Part shown: one piece after another, positions 27,074 to 37,702 of the stretch | Layout: the number at the start of each line of letters is the position of its first letter | Position numbering within the stretch: position 1 is the stretch's first letter | DNA from: Octopus sinensis | Taxonomy: Eukaryota | Assembly (NCBI RefSeq): GCF_006345805.1 | Contig: NC_043005.1 | Coordinates: 68,200,001 to 68,264,000 of the forward strand | Reading direction: 5' to 3' | Length of the DNA: 64,000 bases | Made by a program: the position numbers and the translations under genes | Notes under the pieces: model-generated | Seen by the model: only the letters and a program-made list of their open reading frames with translations | What the model was told of the DNA's origin: nothing | Database searches by the model: none

Positions 27074-27324
27074 CAGTCTTTCTGTCTATTCATTGAACTG
27101 TTCTGTCAGTCTACAATTGCATGCATGTATTTATATTAGCATGTATGTATATACATGTATGCATGAGTGTATGCCAGTGTCTTTGTTTTCTAATTATTTG
27201 AATTCTTCTTCTGAAAGAGCTACTTTGAGCAAAGAAATAAAATCCCATCACTGAAGTCATGATAACAACAATGGGGAAGAGTTGCATGCTGGATTTTGAA
27301 AAGACTTTTATACCTAGGCACACA

Positions 27325-28145
27325 TGTATGCTCTGCATGTGTATGTATGCATGTATGTGTGTGTATCTCCATGTATATATGTATGTATGTGTGAATGTAT
27401 GTATGTAAGTATGTATGTGTGTGTATCTGCATGTATGTGTGAATGTATGTCTGTCTGTATGTATGTATGTATGTATGTATGTGTGTATGTATGTATGTAT
27501 GCATGTATATATGCGTGTGTATCTACATGTATGCATGTATGCATATATGCATGTATATATGTATGCATGTATATATGTATGTATTTATATATGTATGTGT
27601 CTGTATGTGTGTATGTATATATGTATATATGTGTGTGTATCTGCATGTATGTATGTATGTGTGTATGTGTATGTGTGTATGTATGTGTATATATATGTGT
27701 GTATATCTGCATGTAAGTATGTATGCATGCATGCATGTATATATGTATGTATTTATGTATGTATGTGTGTGTATGTGTGTATGTATATATATATGTATAT
27801 ATGTATGTGTGCGTATCTGCATGTATTTTTGTATGTATATGTGTGTGTGTATATATGTATATATGTGTATCTGCATGTATGTGTGTGTCTATGTGTATGT
27901 GTGTATGTATGTATGTTTGCATGTATATTGTATATGGGTATGCATGTGTGCGTGCATTTTGTATATATGTGTATCTTCATGTGTATATCTTGTGTGTAAG
28001 TATTTCGTATATAAGTATGTAGTATATATGTGTATATATGTGTGTGTATGCATGCATGCATGCTTGTATATTTGCACGTGTGTGTATTTATACATGAATA
28101 CATGTGTATATATGCATGCAAGCATACATGAGTATATCTGCATGT
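27325..28145. repeat. Degenerate (TG/TA/TATG)n low-complexity tract
   Basis: Purine-pyrimidine alternation with a recurrent gtatctgcatgta word. Confidence 0.9.
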
Positions 28146-28920
28146 ATCTTCCTCTCTACCTATCAACCTCTTTATCAACCTAACTTGCCCTCCTTCAATT
28201 CATCCATTCATAGATGAATAGATAGGCTCTTCTTTTCATATATGCTTATACACACACACACTCACAGAAGTATATATACTTTCTCTCTGACATACTTGCA
28301 CACACACAGACACACACACATGAGGACAATTTTTCTTCTTCAAAGATGAACACGAGCTACAGTGCAAACAGAACAGTCCATCGCATGCACACATGCACTG
28401 TTTTGATTCCGTCGAGCATCCTTCTACAGACATCAGTAAACACGTACATTCTGACAGTCTGCTTCGTATTTTCTGATGACATCTAATTAGCAAGAACGTT
28501 TGATGAATCTAATGAACACAGATACAAAGGAAAATTAAGATTAGAAAAAAAAAAAACGTGGGCAATTTTTTTCGATGCAAACACTGTTTATAGTATATTT
28601 ATAGTTATGTATGATTATAAAATCTGCGTATGCATACACACATATGTATGCATATATGCATACTATATATATATATGTATGTATGTATATATACATACTA
28701 TATATGTATGCATTTATATATATATATATCTGTGCAGGTGGCACGTAAAATACACCCACTACACTCGCGGAGTGGTTGGCGTTACGAAGGGCATCCAGCC
28801 GTAGAAACACTGCCAGATCTGACTGGGCCTGACGAAGCCTTCCAGCTTCACAGACCCCACTTGACCCGTCCAACCCATGCTAGCATGGAAAATGGACGCT
28901 AAACGATGATGATGATGATG

Positions 28921-29216
28921 ATATATATATATATATATATACATAAACACATATATGTGTATTATATATTATAATATTATATATATGAATATATATATAT
29001 AGACATATATGTACATATATATGTGTATATATGTATATATATATAATATTATATATATATATATATACACACATATATGTATATATATATATATATATAT
29101 ATGAATTATTATATATATAATATATATATATACATACACACATATATGTATATAGTATATATATATATATATATATGAATATATATATATTATATATATA
29201 TATATACATACACACA

Positions 29217-29247
<31 letters not shown>

Positions 29248-29355
29248 GAATATATATATATATATATTATATGTACATATATATGTGTATATATGTATAT
29301 ATATATATATATATATTATATACATACACACATATATGTATATATATAATATATA

Positions 29356-29411
<56 letters not shown>

Positions 29412-29473
29412 TATATATATATAGATATATATGTACATATATATGTGTATATATGATATATATGTATATATAT
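28921..29473. repeat. (TA)n tract with higher-order repetition, left flank of the hammerhead array
   Basis: The punctuation words atatgaatat and tacacacatatatgtat recur at intervals of roughly 60-130 bp. Confidence 0.85.
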
Positions 29474-29591
29474 AAACAATTAGGAGTGACCCTAACAGGT
29501 CACTCGTCCACCAGAAAGAGCAGCCATAACTCACCGCCAAGTAGTAGTAATTCAGAAATTAGGTGAAAATTAAAAACATTTACCCTAATTC

Positions 29592-29694
29592 ATCTTTTAG
29601 ACGTTGCAACGTTTCTGTGTCATTAATGATTAAACTAGCTTAATTAATTAAATTAAGCTAATCTACCATAGGTTACACTTCATCAGTAAAAAAC
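29592..29694 (-). ncRNA. Type I hammerhead motif, forward unit 1 (core intact)
   Basis: Plus-strand tcatcag (29680-86) and tttc (29612-15) are CUGAUGA and GAAA on the minus strand. The stem III palindrome is intact. Confidence 0.75.
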
Positions 29695-31483
29695 CTGGGA
29701 GAGACAAATATACACGAGGCGTCTGTATCGATGCCTACGGAATATCTGTCTTAAAATTTTCAAGACTGACGTATTCGCGCCAAACTTATCAGCAGTAAAT
29801 ATAACTGCCGATTCAATCTCAGAATTATTCAGAAAATTATCAATTAGTCATTTAGGGTAGCAAAAAAATTCAATAGAAATTTATCGCTACCAGCGGCCTG
29901 GTGGAAAAGAGAAAATAGTCATCGACTAAATATATAAATATAACAATTTAGGAGTGACCCTAACAGGTCACTCGTCCACCAGAAAGAGCAGCCATAACTC
30001 ACACCGCCAAGTAGTGTAATTCAGAAATTAGGTGAAAATTTAAAAACATTTACCCTAATTCATCTTTTAGACGTTTGCACGTTTCTGTGTCATTAATGAT
30101 TAAATTAGCTTAATTAAATTAAATTAAGCTAATCTACCATAGGTTACACTTCATCAGTAAAAAACCTGGGAGAGACAAATATACACGAGGCGTCTGTATC
30201 GATGCCTACGGAATATCTGTCTTAAAATTTTCAAGACTGACGTATTCGCGCCAAACTTATCAGCAGTAAATATAAACTGCCGATTCAATCTCAGAATTAT
30301 TCAGAAAATTATCAATTAGTCAATTTAGGGTAGCAAAAAAAATTCAATAGAAATTTATCGCTACCAGCGGCCTGGTGGAAAAGAGAAAATAGTCATCGAC
30401 TAAATATATAAATATAACAATTTAGGAGTGACCCTAACAGGTCACTCGTCCACCAGAAAGAGCAGCCATAACTCACACCGCCAAGTAGTAGTAATTCAGA
30501 AATTAGGTGAAAATTTAAAAACATTTACCCTAATTCATCTTTTAGACGTTGCAACGTTCTGTGTCATTAATGATTAAATTAGCTTAATTAAATTAATTAA
30601 GCTAATCTACCATAGGTTACACTTCATCAGTAAAAAACCTGGGAGAGACAAATATACACGAGGCGTCTGTATCGATGCCTACGGAATATCTGTCTTAAAA
30701 TTTTCAAGACTGACGTATTCGCGCCAAACTTATCAGCAGTAAATATAAACTGCCGATTCAATCTCAGAATTATTCAGAAAATTATCAATTAGTCAATTTA
30801 GGGTAGCAAAAAAATTCAATAGAAATTTATCGCTACCAGCGGCCTGGTGGAAAAGAGAAAATAGTCATCAACTAAATATATAAATATAACAATTAGGAGT
30901 GACCCTAACAGGTCACTCGTCCACCAGAAAGAGCAGCCATAACTCAACCGCCAAGTAGTAGTAATTCAGAAAGAAATTAGGTGAAAATTTAAAAACATTT
31001 ACCCTAATTCATCTTTTAGACGTTGCAACGTTCTGTGTCATTAATGATTAAATTAGCTTAATTAAATTAAATTAAGCTAATCTACCATAGGTTACACTTC
31101 ATCAGTAAAAAACCTGGGAGAGACAAATATACACGAGGCGTCTGTATCGATGCCTACGGAATATCTGTCTTAAAATTTTCAAGACTGACGTATTCGCGCC
31201 AAACTTATCAGCAGTAAATATAAACTGCCGATTCAATCTCAGAATTATTCAGAAAATTATCAATTAGTCATTTAGGGTAGCAAAAAAATTCAATAGAAAT
31301 TATCGCTACCAGCGGCCTGGTGGAAAAGAGAAAATAGTCATCGACTAAATATATAAATATAACAATTTAGGAGTGACCCTAACAGGTCACTCGTCCACCA
31401 GAAAGAGCAGCCATAACTCACACCGACAAGTAGTGTAGTAATTCAGAAATTAGGTGAAAATTTAAAAACATTTACCCTAATTC

Positions 31484-31587
31484 ATCTTTTAGACGTTGCA
31501 ACGTTTCTGTGTCATTAATGATTAAATTAGCTTAATTTAATTAAATTAAGCTAATCTACCATAGGTTACACTTCATCAGTAAAAAAC
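31484..31587 (-). ncRNA. Type I hammerhead motif, forward unit 5 (core intact)
   Basis: Same motif with GAAA and stem III intact. Confidence 0.75.
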
Positions 31588-31957
31588 CTGGGAGAGACAA
31601 ATATACACGAGGCGTCTGTATCGATGCCTACGGAATATCTGTCTTAAAATTTTCAAGACTGACGTATTCGCGCCAAACTTATCAGCAGTAAATATAAACT
31701 GCCGATTCAATCTCAGAATTATTCAGAAAATTATCAATTAGTCAATTTAGGGTAGCAAAAAAATTCAATAGAAATTTATCGCTACCAGCGGCCTGGTGGA
31801 AAAGAGAAAATAGTCATCAACTAAATATATAAATATAACAATTTAGGAGTGACCCTAACAGGTCACTCGTCCACCAGAAAGAGCAGCCATAACTCACACC
31901 GCCAAGTAGTAGTAATTCAGAAATTAGGTGAAAATTTAAAAACATTTACCCTAATTC

Positions 31958-32061
31958 ATCTTTTAGACGTTGCAACGTTTCTGTGTCATTAATGATTAAA
32001 TTAGCTTAATTAAATTAAATTAAGCTAATCTACCATAGGTTACACTTCATCAGTAAAAAAC
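31958..32061 (-). ncRNA. Type I hammerhead motif, forward unit 6 (core intact)
   Basis: Same motif with GAAA and stem III intact. Units 2 (30062-30165), 3 (30537-30638), 4 (31011-31113) and 7 (32431-32533) carry variants. Confidence 0.75.
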
Positions 32062-32746
32062 CTGGGAGAGACAAATATACACGAGGCGTCTGTATCGATG
32101 CCTACGGAATATCTGTCTTAAAATTTTCTAGACTGACGTATTCGCGCCAAACTTATCAGCAGTAAATATAAACTGCCGATTCAATCTCAGAATTATTCAG
32201 AAAATTATCAATTAGTCAATTTAGGGTAGCAAAAAAAATTCAATAGAAATTTATCGCTACCAGCGGCCTGGTGGAAAAGAGAAAATAGTCATCGACTAAA
32301 TATATAAATATAACAATTTAGGAGTGACCCTAACAGGTCACTCGTCCACCAGAAAGAGCAGCCATAACTCACACCGCCAAGTAGTAGTAATTCAGAAATT
32401 AGGTGAAAATAAAAACATTTACCCTAATTCATCTTTTAGACGTTGCAACGTTCTGTGTCATTAATGATTAAATTAGCTTAATTAAATTAAATTAAGCTAA
32501 TCTACCATAGGTTACACTTCATCAGTAAAAAACCTGGGAGAGACAAATATACACGAGGCGTCTGTATCGATGCCTACGGAATATCTGTCTTATATCTGAC
32601 TAATTTTCTGAATAATTCTGAGATTGAATCGGCAGTTTATATTTACTGCTGATAAGTTTGGCGCGAATACGTCAGTCTTGAAAATTTTAAGACAGATATT
32701 CCGTAGGCATCGATACAGACGCCTCGTGTATATTTGTCTCTCCCAG

Positions 32747-32850
32747 GTTTTTTACTGATGAAGTGTAACCTATGGTAGATTAGCTTAATTTAATTTAATT
32801 AAGCTAATTTAATCATCAATGACACAGAAACGTTGCAACGTCTAAAAGAT
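32747..32850 (+). ncRNA. Type I hammerhead ribozyme motif (sense to host gene), core intact
   Basis: Stem I GUUUUUUA (32747-54) pairs with UAAAAGAU (32843-50). CUGAUGA at 32755-61. Stem II is GUGU/ACAC with a large structured insert. GAAA at 32827-30, stem III CGUUGCAACG, UC with predicted cleavage after 32842. Confidence 0.8.
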
Positions 32851-33219
32851 TGAATTAGGGTAATGTTTTTAAATTTTCACCTAATTTCTGAATTACTACT
32901 ACTTGGCGGTGTGAGTTATGGCTGCTCTTTCTGGTGGACGAGTGACCTGTTAGGGTCACTCCTAAATTGTTATATTTATATATTTAGTCGATGACTATTT
33001 TCTCTTTTCCACCAGGCCGCTGGTAGCGATAAATTTCTATTGAATTTTTTTGCTACCCTAAATTGACTAATTGATAATTTTCTGAATAATTCTGAGATTG
33101 AATCGGCAGTTTTATTTACTGCTGATAAGTTTGGCGCGAATACGTCAGTCTTGAAAATTTTAAGACAGATATTCCGTAGGCATCGATACAGACGCCTCGT
33201 GTATATTTGTCTCTCCCAG

Positions 33220-33322
33220 GTTTTTTACTGATGAAGTGTAACCTATGGTAGATTAGCTTAATTTAATTTAATTAAGCTAATTTAATCATTAATGACACAG
33301 AAACGTTGCAACGTCTAAAGAT
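33220..33322 (+). ncRNA. Type I hammerhead ribozyme motif (sense to host gene), core intact
   Basis: CUGAUGA at 33228-34, GAAA at 33300-03, CGUUGCAACG then UC, predicted cleavage after 33315. The 3' strand of stem I is one A shorter (UAAAG). Confidence 0.75.
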
Positions 33323-33542
33323 GAATTAGGGTAAATGTTTTTAAATTTTCACCTAATTTCTGAATTACTACTACTTGGCGGTGTGAGTTATGGCTGCTCT
33401 TTCTGGTGGACGAGTGACCTGTTAGGGTCACTCCTAAATTGTTATATTTATATATTTAGTCGATGACTATTTTCTCTTTTCCACCAGGCCGCTGGTAGCG
33501 ATAAATTTCTATTGAATTTTTTTGCTACCCTAAATTGACTAA

Positions 33543-33581
<39 letters not shown>

Positions 33582-33651
33582 GTATATATATATATGTATA
33601 TATATATATGTATATATATTATATATATAAATACACACATGTATACATATA

Positions 33652-33812
33652 TTCTGAGTTCAAATTCCGCCGAGGTCGACTTTGCCTTTTATCCTTTCAG
33701 GTTCGATAAATTAAGTGCCAGTTACACACCGGGGTCGATGTAATCGACTTAATCCCTTTGTCTGTCCTTGTTTGTCCCCTCTATGTTTAGCCTCTTGTGG
33801 GCAATAAAGAAA
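33652..33812 (+). mobile_element. 5'-truncated SINE family A copy
   Basis: Body only, immediately downstream of the TA tract that ends the hammerhead array. Confidence 0.7.
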
Positions 33813-34537
33813 GAAGAAACTAAGCCAAAACAGACTGGAGCCAAGCGCAGCTCTTCGGCTTACTAATTCCAGTCAAACTGTCTAACCCATGTCGGTATGG
33901 AAAAACAGATGCTAAATGATGCTGATGCTGATCATGATGAGGTATCATTCCAGCCACTTCTTGAAGGCCTCATGGAAGTCCTTCAAGGTGAAAGTGTCCA
34001 GACCCTTGTCACAGCCTCCTTCATCAAAATAACTGTTTTTGGATGCTCTTCCTAACGCCAAGCACTTTATAGAGTGTACTGGGTGCTATTACATAGCAGT
34101 GGCTTGGGTGCTTTCTACCTGACACAAGCACCTATGAGCCTGCAAGAGCAAGGATGCTCAGCTGGAGAGCGTTGTAAAGGATGAGCCTGTATGCAAGGAC
34201 AACTATGCTTTTACTCAGCTTGATGTGTCTTTTTAATCACAGCAAACCACCAGGATTTTTGGTCCCCTGTCATAGGTTACACATGCCAGCGACACGTGTA
34301 GGGCACACATGCTGGTGATACATGTGAGGCACACATGCTGGTGACAAGTGTGAGGCACATGTGATGATGAGTCATGGCCAGTGCTGGTGGCATGTAAAAG
34401 GCATCCGTGCCAGTGATGCATAAGGTACATGTGCCAGTGACACATATGAGGCATCTATGCTGGTGAGATGGAGAAGAAACCTGTGTCAGTGACATGCAAA
34501 AGACACCCATGCCAGTGGCACGAAAAAATGTACTCAT

Positions 34538-34681
34538 AGGTGCAGGAGTGGCTGTGTTCCGGGTTCAGTCCCACTGCGTGACACCTTGGGCAAGTGTCTT
34601 CTACTATAGCTTCAGGCCGACCAAAGTCTTATGAGTGGATTTGGTAGATGGAAACTGAAAGAAGCCCATCATATATATATG

Positions 34682-34712
<31 letters not shown>

Positions 34713-34927
34713 ATATGTTTGTGTGTCTGTGTTTGTCCCCCCAACATTGCTTAACAACCAATGCTGGTGTGTTTACATCCCCATACCTTAGCGGTTCGGC
34801 AAAAGACGCCGATAGAATAAGTACTAGGCTTACAAAGAATAAGTACTGGGGTTGAATTGCTCGAGTAATGGCGGTGCTCCAGCATGACCTCAGTCAAATG
34901 ACTGAAACAAGTAAATGAGTAAAAGAG
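34538..34927 (+). mobile_element. SINE family B copy
   Basis: Same head, core and tail. Other copies: 14062-14470(-), 21620-21952(+), 22027-22210(+), 26665-27025(-), 35706-36120(-), 42119-42548(+), 42708-43098(-), 43140-43510(-), 53845-54238(-), 63615-63770(+). Confidence 0.8.
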
Positions 34928-35365
34928 TATATCAGTGACATGAAAAAGGAATTCCTACTGATGACACATAAAAGGTACCTGTGCAGGTGATATGTTAAAA
35001 GCACCCATGCTGGTGACATGTAAGGGATGCCCAGTGCATATGCCTGTGTTCATATATCAATCTAGTTCAACAAATTTACCATATATTTCTACATTTATTT
35101 TGATTTCAAATGTTGGTGCAAAGCCACCAATTCCCGGGGTAAGTTGATTACATCGACCCCAGTGGTCAAATAGTATTTACTTAATCAACCCAAAGAGGAT
35201 GAAAGGCAAAGTCAACCTAAGCAGAATTTGAACTCAGAACAAGAAGAGGGATGAAATACCACTAAGCATTTTGCCTGGTGTGCTAACAATTCTGCCAGCT
35301 CGCTACCTTTTTTTTCATCATTTTTACTCTAGGCAAAAAGCCTGAAATTTTGAGGGAGGGGGCCA

Positions 35366-35705
35366 GTCGATTAGATCGACCCCAGTATGCAACTGATACT
35401 TAATTTATCGACCCTGAAAAGATGAAAGGCAAAGTCGACTTTGGCTGAATTTGAACTCAGAACGTAGCAGCAAACGAAATACCTGTTTTTTACTACCCAC
35501 AAGGGGCTAAACACAGAGAGGACAAACAAGGACAGTCAAATGAATTATATCGACCTCAGTGCGTAACTGGTACTTAATTTATCGACCTCGAAAGGATGAA
35601 AGGTAAAGTCGACCTTGGCGGAATTTGAACTCAGAACATAGCGGCAGACGAAATTCCGCTAAACATTTCACCCGGCGTGCTAACGCTTCTGCCAGCTCAC
35701 CACCT
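35366..35705 (-). mobile_element. SINE family A copy with duplicated body
   Basis: Reverse-complement family A motifs. An older degenerate copy lies at ~35140-35310. Confidence 0.7.
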
Positions 35706-36529
35706 TTTACTACTCTTTTACTTGTTTCAGTCATTTGACTGTGGCCATGCTGGAGCACCGCATTTAGCTGAGCAACTCGACCCTAGGACTTATTCTTTGT
35801 AACCCTAATACTTATTCTATCGGTCTCTTTTTACCGAACCACTAAGTTACAGGGACATAAACACACCAGCATCGGTTGTCAATCGATGTTGGGGGGACAA
35901 ACACAGACACAAAAACATATACACACACACACACATACATATATATACATATATATGACAGGCTTCTTTCAGTTTCTGTCCACCAAATCTACTCACAAGG
36001 CTTTGGTCGGCCCGAGGCTATAGTAGAAGACACTTGCCCAAAGTGCCATGCAGTGGGACTGAACCCGGAACCATGTGGTTCGTAAGCAAGCTACTTACCA
36101 CAGAGTCACTCCTATGCCTATATTGATATAGATATGTATCGATAGAGAAGGAAATAGAGAAATGTAAAAGAGTGTAATATTATTCAGTGCGGCATATACA
36201 AAAATATATTACATCATGAACTAATGAAATATTCTGAGTAGTTTCTACAGATACATCCTTCTCAGATTTATTTATTTTATACCTCTATGCAAGCAAATTG
36301 TTTCCAGTATTTTCATATTTTCTTTTTAGATGTTTCTTGATTTGTTTTTTTCTTCATCTTTTTCTTTTTATGCAACATTTAGCTCTTCTTCCCATCTGGT
36401 ACTACTATGTAGAGGTAGGAACCTAACCAAAGTTATGTAGTTTCAGTATTATGTTGTTATTGTTTTATCTGCTTCTTACTAGTTACTATTTTTCTTTCCT
36501 TTGTATTGATTTTATAGTTGCTAGTTACT

Positions 36530-36632
36530 ATTGTTATTGTTGTTACCATTATTATTATCATCATCATCATCATCATCACCACCACCAACACCACCACCAC
36601 CATCACCACCACCACCATCATCATCATCATCA

Positions 36633-36686
<54 letters not shown>

Positions 36687-36797
36687 CTGTTGTTATTATT
36701 ATTATCATCATCATCATCATCATTATTATCATAATCATTATCATTATTATTATTATTATCATCATCATCATCATTGTTATTATTATTATCATTATCA

Positions 36798-36831
<34 letters not shown>

Positions 36832-36870
36832 TGTTGTTATTGTTGTTACTGTTGTAGTTGCCGTTACAAC
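36530..36870. repeat. Compound trinucleotide microsatellite (ATT/ATC/ACC/GTT)
   Basis: Direct reading. It is the source of the poly-I/H/Y ORFs. Confidence 0.95.
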
Positions 36871-37086
36871 TGAGTGACGTTATCTTTAATATTTTAACAT
36901 TTGATGGACATTCCCTCATGAAGTCAAAGCAACCATGATTTTATGCTTTATCAAATTTTGTTTGTCATCATTAAAAAAATAATGGCATTAAAATATAATA
37001 CAGTATACCATATATATATATGTGTGTGTGTGTATGTGTGTTTGTGTGTGTCTGTGTGTGCATGCATGTCAGTACTCATATATGTG

Positions 37087-37122
<36 letters not shown>

Positions 37123-37428
37123 CTCACACATGCACACACATTTGCACACAGGTACATACATTCATATAGAGATACATATATACACACATATATATATGTG
37201 TGTGTATGTACATGCCTATTGATTATAAAGAATATAAATGTATCTTATCTTCTTATATATTTTTCCCTTTAATGATTTTATTTTGCGGTTACATTGGAAA
37301 TATCTTTTGTTCTTTTAATAATTTAATATTCTTGTACATACGTACCTGCATACATATATATATATACATAAATATGTATATGTATATATAATATATAATA
37401 TATATATATATGCACACACACAAACATA

Positions 37429-37477
<49 letters not shown>

Positions 37478-37702
37478 CTTATATTCATTATTGTCATCAT
37501 CATCATAGTTTAATATCCGCTTTCCATGCTGACATTGGTTGGACGGTTTAACTGAGGACTGGCAGGCCAGATGGCTGAACCAGTCTCCAATCTGATGTGG
37601 CAGAGTTTCTACAGCTGGATTCCCTTCCTAATGCCAACCATTCTGAGAGTGTAATGGGTGCTTTTATGTGCCACCAGCAAGAGGGCCACACACATATATA
37701 TA

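Larger units (their letters stand above)
29474..32592 (-). mobile_element. Tandem array of ~473-bp hammerhead-containing monomers (non-LTR retrozyme-like), forward block of six full units plus ~270 bp
   Basis: The anchor ggagtgaccc recurs at 29483, 29951, 30425, 30896, 31370, 31846 and 32321. Each unit has a type I hammerhead motif on the minus strand. Predicted cleavage sites are spaced 470, 475, 474, 473, 474 and 473 nt apart. Confidence 0.88.
32598..33542 (+). mobile_element. Inverted block of the same 473-bp repeat, two monomer lengths
   Basis: Reverse complement of the forward monomer. It begins and ends at the same gactaa position of the unit, and its two hammerhead cleavage sites (32842, 33315) are 473 nt apart. 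Confidence 0.88.

Noticed and set aside
29474-33542. CRISPR, 5S/snRNA/spliced-leader or mitochondrial tRNA interpretation of the 473-bp array
   Set aside because: There are no variable spacers and no recognisable 5S, snRNA, Sm-site or cloverleaf sequence. The hammerhead motif explains the conserved structure better.
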